From NCBI RefSeq assembly GCF_036321535.1, contig NC_087457.1, positions 31,930,001 through 31,994,000 of the forward strand: a DNA stretch of 64,000 nucleotides. Reading direction: 5' to 3'. The stretch is from Camelus dromedarius. Lineage: Eukaryota. Shown here one piece after another: positions 26,180 to 39,087 of the stretch. The notes under the pieces were generated by a model. The model was not told the DNA's origin. It worked only from the letters and a program-made list of their open reading frames with translations, and searched no databases. Every line of letters starts with the position of its first letter. Position 1 is the first letter of the stretch. Position numbers and translations under genes: made by a program.

Positions 26180-26570
26180 TTTTCCGTTGTATGAAGGACA
26201 GGTGCATCATTTTAGGGGGAATTGTGGCCTGGTTACTGTCTTTATTTGGACACTGAGCATTAAGGTTTAAGGAGATGTGTGTAGGCGCCAAGTTGACGGG
26301 GGCAAACTAATGATGGCTGGTTTTATTTCTCAACTTGCTTGGGCCACAGGGTACCCAGATACTTGGTTGAATATTGTTCTGGGCGTATCCCTGAATGTGA
26401 TTCTGGGTGGAACAAACATTTGCGGCAGTGAACTGAGCGAAGCCTATTGCCTTTCCCGAGTGGTGGTCTCACCAAGTCCGGTAAAAGCCTGCCTAGATCG
26501 AAAGGCTGAGCAAGAGGGAATTGGCTCTCTCTCTCTCTGCCTTTTTGTCTTCAAGCCGGGACATGCATTA
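26180..26570 (+). mobile_element. ERVL internal 3' end plus MLT2-type LTR fragment
   Basis: ggtttaaggagatg...gccaagttgacggggg (ERVL-int end and PPT) is followed by tgatggctggttttatttctcaacttgcttgggccacagggtacccagat, resembling the recalled MLT2 5' end. Confidence 0.7.
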
Positions 26571-26685
26571 AGCCCCCACGTTGCTGCGCCTTTCGCCGCC
26601 TATTCCATCCAGGCCTGCGGAGGTCCAGACACCTGGGTTTGCTCTTGGTTAGAGAAGGTCCGGGAGGAGTAGCGCGTGGTGCTTC

Positions 26686-26704
26686 TGACCAGCAGGGGGC
26701 GCCA
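26686..26704 (+). promoter_or_regulatory. CTCF-like motif
   Basis: TGACCAGCAGGGGGCGCCA versus consensus TGGCCACCAGGGGGCGCTA. Confidence 0.55.
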
Positions 26705-27963
26705 CCGGCCTGCACAAGCATTTCACATGCCTCTTGGAGAATGGAAAATTACTCAGGCTGTCAGGTCTCCATCTCTGTGCCTTGCGGTGCAGCATGGGTG
26801 TTTCTTGGCCCATAAGGGGACAGTGAGTATTTCTAGAGGCTTAGGTAGGCCCAGATCTCCCTCGTTGTGCCTCTATTTTTGGCAACAGTAGATCCTGGGC
26901 TCTGAGCTATGGTGGAAAATTCTCAGGATTCGTAGGCAGTCACTGACACATTTTCCAGCCTTTCCAGGATGCCAAGAGCAAGGGTGGGGCACCCAAGTGG
27001 CATTAGAAATCTCAGGGTGGCTCTAGTGAGCCAAGGAGGCTTCCTGGGTCCTCCAGGTCTGCACCGGACAGTGCTGATCCCTGGAGGATATCCATTTCTA
27101 GAAGCTCAGCTAACCTAGGGACATCCTCTCCTGGGCTCCCTGCCAGCACCGGTGGGCACGTGCCTCAGGAGCATTTAAGGAGGCTAGTGCCACCAGAGGA
27201 GACCAAGTGGTGAAGCTGGAGAGATGCCGCCTCGGTGTGAACATCGGTCCTTTGGGGAAACAGCAGTAGAGGTCGCCAGTAAACAGGACCCCTCCTGTGA
27301 ATAGAGAAACTGTATTCAATGTTACACAGTAACAACTGCCAAAATAATCCACAATAAGAAACATAATAAAAATTGTGATGAAAACAAGTGTGACAGGATG
27401 ATGATCACAATGACATTTACACTAATGATACTAATTTAAAAAAACCTAAGGGGATGAGAGATTAGAGTACAGACCCCACCCCCACCCCCGAAGTAAATGA
27501 CTAGGTACCCATCCATCCTCATGGGGTATTTTAGACCTAGACTAGATTTTCACAAGTTATTCCATAAGGCAAGACCAAGTAGCCTGATGACGTAGGAAAC
27601 CAACCAGGTCAAGGGTAAGGCTGAACTTGGGACTCACGTGCACATTCCTGGAGGGGAGCCCCAAGGAATGGGGGCAGAAGAACTGTGATCGGAGCCTGCC
27701 AATCACATGACACCCATGGAATTTCAGAACTTTGGCCGGGTGGGTGTCAGCCCTGAGTGCCACGCAAGGAAGGCAGGCAGGAGCCAGATCCACACCATGT
27801 TCAGAAGCCACGCCTGCCACGTACATTAAGCCCCCAGCATTTTCTCAGCCCTCAGCACCTGGCTGTCCTGCTGTCCCTTCCATCTGACTCAGGGGGGCCA
27901 GTTGGCTTCACTTGCATATCCTGGGGTTTGAGCTATTGGTATGAGGCACCCTGTCTGTCTCCC

Positions 27964-27982
27964 AGTCCAGCAGGGGGCGGCA
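27964..27982 (+). promoter_or_regulatory. CTCF-like motif (second, same orientation)
   Basis: AGTCCAGCAGGGGGCGGCA. Confidence 0.45.
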
Positions 27983-30010
27983 GAGGATAGCACAGGAGAC
28001 TTTCTCTGCTTTTAGGAGAACCTAGGTAACTCTGAGGTCCCTAAGATACGTGAGTGGTCACCATCCCGTGCCTTCCAGTGCAGCACCAGCCTTTCCTGCA
28101 ATAAGGAGGGGACTTTAAACATTTAATGCCCCATGGTGGGTCCCCAGCTCTGGGTTGAGGTAGAAAATTCCAAGTAACTTTTTCTCCAACCTCTTCAAGA
28201 AGGCAGGAGCTGTTCCTTGGACCCCAAGTAAACTTAGAAAATATTTTGGTGACTATCGCCAGCCAAAGACTTACTCCCAGTGTCTCCCAGCTCGCCGCAA
28301 GGGTGATATGGGTCTTCGAGGAAGCTTGTAATGTCATTAAAGTTTCAGTCAGGTCACTGGGATCCTAGTTTCATCTCAGTTTTCAAGACCTCTAGATCCT
28401 GTTCCTCCCCTGAATGTGGAAGGGCACACTCAGGTGAGCCTCTGCGTGTTGGTGCTATTTTAGAAGAGTGGGGGTTGAAAGGAAGAAGGAGAAGCCAGGG
28501 TTGGGGATAAAGCCACAGGGACAAAGTCAAGCCCCAGTGATGACTAGCGCTGGGTTTGTTTTCTGAGAGTAACACAGAAATCCTTCTGGGTTGGTCCCCA
28601 TCACTTCCCTTTGCTGGGTCCTCAGAGCTGTGTCATAGCCCACTCTGTTGCCAGTGTCTTAAAACCACTAATTCTTGGAGAACATGAACAGAGTTTTAGA
28701 GGCAAAGAAGTGTTAGGAAAATGTGGTGTTTTCTGTTACCCTGTTCATTTTCAGTGAGGAGGCAGAGATGGTTCTGGAAGGCCTGTCTGGCTCACAGTCA
28801 GGAGATGTGCAGGGTCAGATGACTGCAGCTCCCCGGTCACTGGCTTCCCACGGGGCTCCTTCTCAGTGTGTAGATCCTGGGCGTTTTGTCTTGGTGCAGG
28901 ATTCTCTCAAACCCTCATGTTCTCAAAACTTGCCAAGGCTTTTATAAATTAGTTTTGCTACCTGGTGAGACTTGGTTCAGAAAAGAATAAAATGGCAAAG
29001 GAGAATGACAGTGGATCCCATGGGTGAGGGGTTTATAGAGAAGGCAGATGTGGCTTTGTGTCAGTCAGCAGCTCCTAGGGCCAGTGGAGTGTCTTTGTTT
29101 AGGTGATGAGGACATTTTAATACCCCAGTAAGGATATCCAGGGACACAGGTGTCCCATGAGAGCAGATGGGCTCAGAGGACAGAGAGTCCTTCCTATTTT
29201 GGGTGCTCAGTTCCCCAGAACAAAGGCAGTGGGCAGTTTGGAATGGAAATGACCATCAAATGGGAACATAAGCTGCTGTTACATTGGCAATAGATTGGAA
29301 GTTTATCGACAACAGTCCCCCAGTTTCAGTTAAAGTGATTTAGGCTGGGATGATAAACCCACTGGTTTAAAGAGTGACAGGGCGTTTTGTCTGTGAACCC
29401 TCCCCAGACTCAGGTAATGCCAGTCACAGTCGGTCAGCCTGTCCTGTTCTGAACTCCCACGGGTCTCCCATCAGCTTACAGAACTTGCCACGGTGTGTGT
29501 CGGTTGCTCACTAAAATGGAGCTTCCGTCCCATAAGCTGAGAAAGAAAGTGAGCTGTTTGTTCATTTCCTCTCGGCATCTCCTTTTCTGGTGGAAAAGCA
29601 CAGGAGAGTGAAGTATCCACCTGTGGGTGCGCAGCCGAGGCTTTGGGTCTGAGTTCTGCCTCTTGATTCTGCGGCTCGCTGGCGGTGAGGGACAAGAGCA
29701 GTGGACCACCTTAAATCTCAGGCGCTCCTCCGATCAGTGATCAGATATTATCGTGCGGGAGACTTGATGGGAAAACTTGTTTTAAAAATTCATTTTCTTA
29801 GCTTGGGAGTTCCCAAGACAAAAGCATTAGAGTGGGCACTGAGCTCTGATTTTATAATATTTTAGGTGATTGGAATCAACTTGGTTCTGGAAACACTGAC
29901 CTGGATGATGTCCAGGGTACTTCCAGCTCCAGTATCGTAGTGTTCCAAGTTCTCTCGTAAATCTCAGTGTGACCTTATACTTGGTCTCCGTGATGGAACA
30001 GCTCACGTGA

Positions 30011-30033
30011 TGTGTGTGTGTGTGTGCGCGCGC
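30011..30033 (+). repeat. (TG)8(CG)n alternating purine-pyrimidine tract
   Basis: tgtgtgtgtgtgtgtgcgcgcgc seen directly. Confidence 0.85.
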
Positions 30034-31984
30034 TTGTGTGCACTCATGCACCTACGTGCAGCATGGAAAGCGAAAACTAGTCCTTATTCTATACAAAGTC
30101 CAATCCCCAAGTTGTAAGTAAACCTTAGGTGACTGCCAGGATTAGCGGCTGAGGATGACGAGGCCATAACCTAACACAGTGTTAGTGAGGGGAGAGGCAG
30201 GGTAATAACTGAAATACCATTTTCAGGTATTAATGAGGAGTTTATGTAGACGGGCTTAAGGAGCAAATTGTGTGGTTTCGGAGGCAAAGTAAGCATTCCT
30301 GTGTGAACCATTTTTAACCTGAGTGTCTGAGTAAAGGACAATATTGACCAAGATGTAGAAAATTAAATGAAGATCAGTTTTGGAAAGAAAGTAATACATT
30401 CAAATACAGTCAGGCTCCTTCTGAGTTTCCTGTCAGAAATCCGTCTAGAGGAGACCAGCAGCCTAATAAACTCTAGCGAGAAGCTAGAGCTGGAAATGCA
30501 GAGGGGGGTTGTGATCAGACAGGCTCCGCTCAGGTAACAGAAGCCACACTGGGTATTGTACACAAGGAATTTCGTGCAAGGAATTGAATTACTGGAAGGT
30601 TGAAAAGGCTCAGGAGTTCGCAAGTACAGGATGGAGTTACCACCTCCAGGCCCAGAGGAGCAGAAGGAAAGCGGAGCTGTCAGGGGCCAGTGCTGGGCAT
30701 GCTGGGTCTGGCTGCTTGCAGCCGAGGCTGCACCTGAGGGGACGGGGCATGGTGCAGCTGGGGCTCGGACCTCCGGGTCGGGTGCATTCCGCATGAATGA
30801 AGCCTAACGTTTTAAGGAAGGAGCGCTCTCTAACTGGGCTCAAACAAATGAGGTGCAGCGAGTTTTAAGACTTTGAAGAGGAGACGTGGCCAGACAGGTG
30901 TGTGGGCAGCCAAGGTGCACAGCAAGCAGCTCAGAGCCCAGCTAGTCCTCTTACTGCCGAGGGAGAAGAGCCTGGATGCTGCTGGTTCCTTTAGGGACAC
31001 TTGTGAGGCTGCTGAGAAAGTCAAAAGAAGATGGAGCCAGAGGGATCTGGCGAAGGGCCCACTTCTTTTGCAGCTAGTTTCAACTTCTTGCTCAATCTAA
31101 CTGCTTACTTGAGCTGCTAAAAAATGTTCCGTCTTTAGGGTTGGCCCTGTTGCTCTCTGCTCACCCAGCACGGTTTTCTGTGGACGTGCTGAGAACACAA
31201 GACCAAAAACCACAAGTCTGACGAAAGGGGTAACCAAGCCCCTGAGTGTATGGCCATGGGCTTGGGTGTCCTCACCTGCACTGAGCGTGTTGAGTTAAGC
31301 GATCTCTGGGGACCTTGCTGCTTGCATGGGCCACGAGCTGATCAACTCTCACTCCGAGTGGCCGGAATGAAGATGCTACTCACCCAACAGCCAGCGTGAA
31401 TTTAGACAGAGTCCAGTTTCTTTGTGGAACTCGACGTTCTAGGTCAGACAGGGAACAGGAGACATTCTACACAATTCCTGCCTATAAAGGAGAGCGAGGA
31501 GGAGGGTGGGACAGTGGTCCTGCTGGGGCAGCCACAGCTAGTGTCCAGCAGGGAGTCCAGTTACCATGTGGCTGAATCTCCTCACATTGTAAGTAGAATC
31601 TCCTGACATTTGGTAAGAACGGCCCCAGGTCACACGTCTGTTTGAGGCCAGGACTATAAGGTTAGAATGCAGTTCATTAGACTCGCACTCCAGCCTTTCC
31701 ACTCCTCCTGTTTTATTTATTAATTCATTCACTTTATCCATCAGTAAATTAATTAATAAGCCCTATACCAGGAATGGGGGATGCAAAATAAACAAGTTAT
31801 AGAGCCTTCCCTCAGAAAGCTCATAGCCTAGAAAGGGGACTTTCTGCGGCATCAGAAGCTGGACTGCCAACTTCAGAGAATCCAGAATTTGGAGGCCCAG
31901 GAGAGAAGACCCAGAGAGGACTGCTGCCCTGAGAGCCCAGCCGGCGTCCCCACCTCCTCCCTGTGTGTAGTCGCGGCTTAGCTT

Positions 31985-34896
31985 TTAATTATTCTCTCTT
32001 TTTTTGCAGCAAAATGGTGTCAGTTCAGCTCGGCAGCCTCCAATCTTATCTTCAAAGGAAAGGCATTCGACTTCGCAGCGACCATCCATTCTCTGACAGT
32101 GTAGTTGTCTTTGAAATCCTCCTCTGGCTAAGTGAAGAAAACAGTCGGTCTTCAGTTATCCAGTACTGAATTACTGGAAGGCAAAATTCCACCACTCAGG
32201 CCAAGCCAGAACTCCACACTACCGAATCTCATGGCGACACAGAGTGTAAGTGTAGACAGCAGAAAAGCAGATGTGACCTGAACAGCTGTGTCTGAGCTCG
32301 GATCCCTGGTTCAGTATATACAGGGTGCTTCCTTTGTACTCAAGTAGAAAAACCAAGAAAGGGTTCCCTCTGCTATAATCTTTGTTGGACATAGAGAAAC
32401 AGTGTTTCTTCCTGGGGCGGGGGGAGACAATATCCTTTCTAATTCCAATAAGCAGTCTTTTGCAATAAAAGATTTTTTTCCTGTCTCCAAAATAATAGTC
32501 TCTTGTATATAACAAAAGGTACAGAGTGTGCTATTTACAGTGGAGGCAGGGCAATGGCAGCCGTGTGCCTTGGGCATGTGGTTGTGGAGTGTCACAGTTT
32601 GGGGGTAAAGCTTCAGTATTTTCTTTGGTATTAAAAGAAGCACAGTACGAACCTGCTCTGCCAGTGACGTCTGCAGAATAACGTGTTTAGCTCTGACAAG
32701 CCGTGTGAGAGAGGCATAGACACTGTGCATTCATTCAGGACAAAGAAACTAAGCTGAAGAGAGTAAAATACTTTAAGAGACAATGACTAGGGAAAATGGT
32801 GATGTGTATTCCCTGGAGAAATCATAGGAAGAACTGGCAGTTGCTCTCAAAAGGTGTAATACTTATTCTCGGAGAGAACGGCTCTGGGGCGGGGAATGTG
32901 TGCACATTAGCCGTCGTCTGTCTCAGACACTACCACACTGAAGGCTCATTAATGCCCAAGGTGGGGCTAATCAGTGGGAAAAAAATCACAGGAACTGAGA
33001 TTTCTGCTCGGAGTAAAGGGAAACATTTTAAACAGTCCAAAGTTGAACGCAGGATACTGTGAGTAACAGATCACTGAAATTTATCCAGCATCAGGGCAAT
33101 CAATCAACATCTTCAGGGAAAAAAAAGATCAGTCTTCAGAAAAAGCCCTATTATTATTTCCATTTATTGGAAATAAGTTGAAACCCAGAGTTCATACATC
33201 TTACAAGGTTTGAAACTGAGGTTCAGCCTCAGATATTTTGGCATAATAGTCTGTGTTCATTTCCTCTTTTATTGATCATGAAACTCACTTCCAGCACTGA
33301 GAGTGTCTGTGGTTGTGGTGGTGGTGGTCCTAACGTGTGTCCACTCTGTGCTGCTTACTGAGTCAGACGGGCCTGAGCTGAGTTTTGGGGACAGGGAGCC
33401 CCTAAGTATCTGCTTCCCTACATTGGTTTGAATCACTTGGAGTCCTGATGAAAGGAGATGGAGAGGACAGATAAAATTTCTTTCTCTACTCTGGATCCAT
33501 TGTCTGACCTCCCAGGAAACAGACTGAGGGCAAAAGTTATTTTACAAGAGAGGCTGTGAAACACGAGGGCAGTATTCCTCAGGTCTGTTCCTTCTTTCTA
33601 TTCCTGCCTGTTTTCAAAAGTGCAATGGAAATGACCACCTCCCAGGAAGTCCTTCTTGTTCCCCCAGTTAGAACCGAACTTCTATTTCCATGGCTTCTCT
33701 TATTTTTCACCTTCATCGCACGTATGAGAACTGTTTTGTATCATAGTTCTTTGTCCATCTGTCTGTCTCATCCATTCACTATATACACTTTAAATTATCA
33801 AGTGCCTGTTTATTATTATAGGCAACCTATTTTTGACCAACACAGAAATAAAAGACTAATAAACTTTAAGCAAATTAAGAGCAAAGACCATGATCTAATG
33901 TTCACCTCCACTTTACCTCCCTTTATTATAGGATGTTTATATATAATTATATTATATATCATTACATTCCAGAACAATTTCTCGTTAAGTGATAAGCACA
34001 CATTCAATAGCTATTGACCGGCTAGCCTTCTGCAGCAAGATTGTGTAATAAATAAGTGTAGAAATTCAGAAACCATAAGGAAGAAATAGACAGGATACCT
34101 CATGGTGCATGGACAGTCCCATCGGGAAAGGCTTCATAACAGGAGGAATGAAGGATAGTTGAGGAGGGAATGGAGGTAAAAGTTTATTAGAGATGGGTTC
34201 TTGGCTGAATTGAGCAAAGACAGCCCAGTTCAAAGGACTTAAAAGAAAACTAATCAAGATGTTAATGTTTGAAGTGATGTGATTTTCCAGCAGTATATGA
34301 GAGCTAGAAAGTCCAAGATCATCTAAGGTTAAGAGATTCATGAGATTCATTTAAGAGATTCATTTACCAATTAGTGGAACATGAAAAAATAGACTGGTAA
34401 GAACCTGTTATTGTAAGTTTGATTTCATTTAGGCTGTAAATGCTGTTCTTCTCTGAATTAGCAAGTGTCGTCTGCCTCTTGAGATTTTTTTCTCATTTTA
34501 AAACAATCATTTTGTCATACACTGAAGCTGGGTCAAAGATTACAGAATGAGGAAACAGATCTAAATGAAAAGGGAAATCTGAACCCGTTGGTAGAGCTTT
34601 TAGGGAAATTAACTAGATATTCTTCTGGTTGGAGGTGGTCTGGATCAGGGTGGTCCCATTAATATGTGTCCAAACTTAGGAAAAGATTTCCTGTAACTAG
34701 TTTGTTTCTGAGAACTTTTTAGGATATAGGACTGAATCAAGTACTTTTCTGAAAGATGAGCTTTCTTCTCAAAAGACAGACCCTGAATAGATTTTGCCTC
34801 AAAAGACATCCTTATATCTATCAAGATTTCTCTCTTACCTGAGAAGATTTGAGCAAGAAGGATGATGGCAGCAAGAATAAAGGAAAAGATTTTCAT
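31985..34896 (-). CDS. DEFB107: Beta-defensin 107, 66 aa. Exons 34896-34839 and 32127-31985
   Basis: MKIFSFILAAIILLAQIFS|ARGGFQRQLHCQRMDGRCEVECLSFEDKIGGCRAELTPFCCKKRENN*; phase-1 GT-AG intron, six Cys. Confidence 0.93.
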
Positions 34897-35659
34897 GGCT
34901 CCGGGAATCAGTGGGGAGAGGCTGAAGGAGGCACGGTCACTGGAGTCTGACTCTTATCAAGGGAAATTGATTAAAGCAAGTTCTACAGCTCTGAAAAAGC
35001 CAGGAGTTATTTTTGGTTTTTAATGCTCACTAAGAATGAATTATTTTCCATGCTCCATTGCATAGTGTGTAGGCTGATGGGTCAGATTTTACCTAAATAA
35101 ACGCTGATGAGACAGTAAGGAAAATAACCCGGCTCCTTGCCTGGAATTCTCTAGTCTGCACCTCCATCCAGGCTGCTCCTGTGTTCCCTCAGTTCCGTCT
35201 CAAGTACCACCACTTCCGTAACGTCCGTAACCGCCGTCTCTTCTTCTTCTCTGAGATTGTGTATGTCACTTACTCTTCTCTAAGAGTCACTCAAACATTA
35301 TTGATTGGTGCCTGTATAATTGGTTTTTTAAGATTATACTCTATGACAAATTTTCATCTCCCAATTATACTGTAAGCTCCATAAAGGAAAATAACTTTCT
35401 TCTCATCTGTTTTCTTTCCGTTTATGCCCTGCAACAGTGCTTTGTAACAGTAGGTGCTCAAAATATATGTATTTGACTTATTGATAGTTGTCCAGTTAGA
35501 GGAACCCATGAATAATCAAGCAATTAATATGGGAATAGTAATGAAATGTTCAAAGGTTTTGCATATTAAGGATAATCATGTTATTATTAAATATGACCAC
35601 ATTTTGTATTTTATGGGAATAGCATTTTTTTGACAAATGTGTGTTGGACAATAAATACC

Positions 35660-36720
35660 ATGTGTACTTATGTTAACAAGAAATTAATTAATGTTAATGG
35701 ACTGGAAATTCTCATTAAAGGCAGGATTAATCATCAGGTGGATTAAGTGGGAAGATGAATCCGTGTGTTGTCTATAAAGGATGCATTTCTCCAAGAAACT
35801 TTTTGTCTCTTGAGTTAATTATAAGCTCACAATAAATTGCAAAAATGGTACAGAGAGTTCTTGTGTACCCATCACTCAGCCTGTTCCCATGGTGACATCA
35901 GCCATTATGTGAATTATCAAAGGTTGGAAATAAATTGGCACAGTAAAATTAACTAGACCACAAATTATGAGGAAAGTATTTAAAATATAAAGACAGAGAG
36001 GTTGAAAGTAAATGATGGAAAAACATAAACTATGAAAATATCAAGAGTAAGAAGGCTGGAGTGGCACTTTTGCTTCAGATGAAATAGAATATTATCAGAT
36101 GGAAAGTAGAATGTTGCATAAGGAAAATAGGAATAATTCATTAAAAAAAAGAACAAACTTTGGGTTTTATTGATTTTTTCCTATTGTTTTTCTTAGCCTT
36201 TATTTTCACTCTAATATTCATTATTTTCTTCCTTCTGCTTGCTTTGGGTTTAACTGGTTCTTCATTTTTAGCTTCTTAAGGTGAAAAATGAGTTTATTGA
36301 TCTGATACCTTTCTTCTTTTTAAATATAGGCATTTACAACTGTAATTGTTTCTCTAAGCATTGGTTTAACTGTATCCCATAAGTGTCTTTTTTTAAAAAT
36401 TTCATTCACTTTAAAGTGTTTTCTAGTTTTTCATGTGATTTCTTCTTTGACTCATTATTTATTTGGGGGGGGGGGGTGTTTAATTTTCTTACATGTACGT
36501 CTTTCCCAAATGTCCTCTGTTATTTCCTTGTGTTGGACGCTTGTTTTGTGGCCTAACGTGTGGCCTGTCCTGGAGGACAGTTCATGACAGCTTGAGAAAA
36601 TGTGTGTTTTGCTGTTGCTGAGTGGGCTGTGCCGTCGATGGCAGTGAGGTCTGACTGGTTTACAGTGTTCTTCAAATCTTACATTTTCTTGCTGATCTTC
36701 TTTCTTAGTTGTTCTGTCCA
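35660..36720. mobile_element. Nested and fragmented old L1 pieces (both orientations)
   Basis: Endonuclease-region-like sequence (aatgttaatggactgg...; ataaagacagagaggttgaaagtaaatgatggaaaa), an L1MC-type 3' piece at ~35800-35960, and T-rich minus-strand ORF2 at 36150-36720. Confidence 0.6.
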
Positions 36721-38299
36721 TTTCTGGTTGATTTCTTATGAATTTCCTCAACCCCTCTCCTTCCAAAGCTGCCTCCTAAAGCCACTTCCTGCTGGATCCC
36801 TTTCCCCTAGCAAGCCACGTTATTGGGGATTTCCCCTTTAAGGTGTTCTCAGTCCAGTCACCTTGTACGGCCTTCACTTGGTCCGTGGGAATCACGCTTA
36901 TCTCCCTGCCTAATACCATCAGTGCAGTCACTCCCCTGCTGCTCTTTTCTTGTCCTGCCATCATGGGTAACTCCATCCAGAGCTCTTTCCCTGTAGACAG
37001 TTTCAGGTGTGAGTCAGGCATGAGCACCATAGGATGGCCATCCAGTTCTCCAGGTAACCTTCTTAAAGCCAACCTCATAAGGATTGGTGTGAAAACGATG
37101 TTTTCCTCACCTTTCCCTCTTGAGAGGCAGCGTGAAGTCCCAATCACAGCCCCCTAACACATTGTCCAAAGAAACCCTGTGCCCTGACCTTTTTTTTTTT
37201 TTGGTCAATCTCTTCGTGGCTTAGTACCTCGATGGGGCGTGTGGAAATTAATGATACTTAGTGTTTTATCCTCTGCCTTTGGGGAATTCAGCCCAAATTG
37301 ATCAGTCTTGCTCTATAGTTATGGTCATTCCCTTTCAGTTACTGTGAGGGAATCAAGAAGAGGTAATAGATGGTTAGCATGATAAGACCTACAATTGCTA
37401 CAATTTCAAAATTAATGAAATTAAAGTCACACTAAACAGGAGCAATATGTAGACCAACTAAAGTGGAGATTCTTCAGGAGGAATCCAGCTCCACCAGTGT
37501 CTCTTCTTGCTTTCCCTTTCCCTCTGACCCACCCATCATTCAGGAGACCGTCCCTTGCAGAAGATCCGGCAGACGCTGATGTCAGAGATCTCCATCAGTT
37601 ACCATGGAATCAGCAGAAGCCTGTCTGAGAGAGTCATGGGCATCCACCTGACATCTGAACGGACTACATTTTCAAGTAACAAGAAATTAGTATGAGTTGA
37701 GACTTTGTTTTTCTATAGGAAGGACTGGATGTCTCAGGATAAAGGAGCTAATTGGATGGGAAGGTTCTAGAAAAGAGCCTAGTACAGAAGAGAGAAGAGA
37801 GCAAGAAGAAGAAGGGAAATTTGTGAACAGGGGAGCATCTGTGGGAGGTGCCCTCTGGGACCACAAGCCACGTGACTCTGGATGCTAGGTGAGGGAATTG
37901 CTATGGTGATATCAGGGCACAGCCCCTGGCCCAGTGCTCTGTGTGACGCTGTGAGACATGCACATGAGTTCCTATGAAAGAGACATTGGTTAGGGTCTAG
38001 AACATTTTCGATGTTCGGAATCAAGCAATGTGGTATTTGGAATAAGTAGGGAATATCCTGGTTTCATGATGTTCTGTAAACCATCAGCTGCGCTCTTGGA
38101 GATCTGGGGAGAAGCATCATCCACCAAATGGTCACTCAGCTGTAGGTTCTTAAGACCAAGTCCCCCACTTACCACTTCCCTGGGTTTAATTCCTGTGAAA
38201 ATGCAGGAAACATTATAGAGTTCACAAGGGTTATGTCTCAGATCTCTTTTGGAGGACAGTTGATAAATCGATCTGACAGTAGAGCCAACCTAAAAGCCA

Positions 38300-38810
38300 A
38301 ATCAGTCAGGCTCCAGGCATGAAAACAGTTCCCACACCAGATGGTTCAATAGAGAATTTAATGTGGAAAGCTGATGAAGTGTTGGGAAAGCTGAACATGC
38401 AAATGGGAGCTAACATTATACACAGCTGGAATCCTCCACTGCCGAATGGTTTGTGGGAAAACAGGAGGCTATGGTGTGAGCCCAGGAGCAAGGACCAGCG
38501 GGCAGAAGCCGGGCGTGCAGGGGGGCTGCCGGGTGAGCAGTGAGGGTACACAAGCTTGGGCTTCATTGTTGGAGATGGAGCCACTGCTGGAGCGGAGAGA
38601 GAGACTGAGGGAGGAGAGCCCCGAGGTCTCCTGTTCTCTCGTCTGCCATTCTTCTTTCTGCCAGGCACTTGCACGGACTGAAACCTGCCAGAAAAGCCAG
38701 GAAGCTCAGAGAATGTGGTTTGCAGAGAATAGTGCCCACTGTACAGAGCAGAGCAGGGAAAGGACAGGAAGTGGATCTCAGTGCAGAAGGACACACGACA
38801 CAACAGTACA
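38300..38810 (+). mobile_element. Old MaLR-type LTR remnant
   Basis: ctgccagaaaagccaggaag...cagagcagggaaaggacaggaagtggatctc resembles a recalled MLT1 3' region; low certainty. Confidence 0.35.
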
Positions 38811-39087
38811 TTCTCACACGTTGAGCAAAATACTGTTCATTCTCACATGTTAACCCTGAGTGATTAAGTTTGAGACACTACTCAAAGGACTGGCAATCTT
38901 GACCTTTATTTTGTGAAGCTACAAATTTTATTTCATAAGGCAAAGTTATACAGTCAACCATTTATGTATATTCCATGCTGAGCATATGAAATTAATCTAA
39001 CATTTTCATCCACTGGCAGGAAGAGACATGCAGAGCTGGTGCCCTAGACCTTAACTGAGTAAATGCTGAGATGTTTAAAAAAAAAAT

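Noticed and set aside
28270-28900. PRR23D-like remnant expected from human synteny (SGEEQDLEVLKTEMKL; YTLRRSP)
   Set aside because: The similarity is very short, the frames are interrupted by stops, and I cannot distinguish it from chance without tBLASTn.
30363-30794. Cys-containing 143-aa minus ORF as an extra defensin
   Set aside because: Cys spacing does not fit the beta-defensin C-x6-C-x3/4-C-x9-C-x6-CC pattern; no signal exon.
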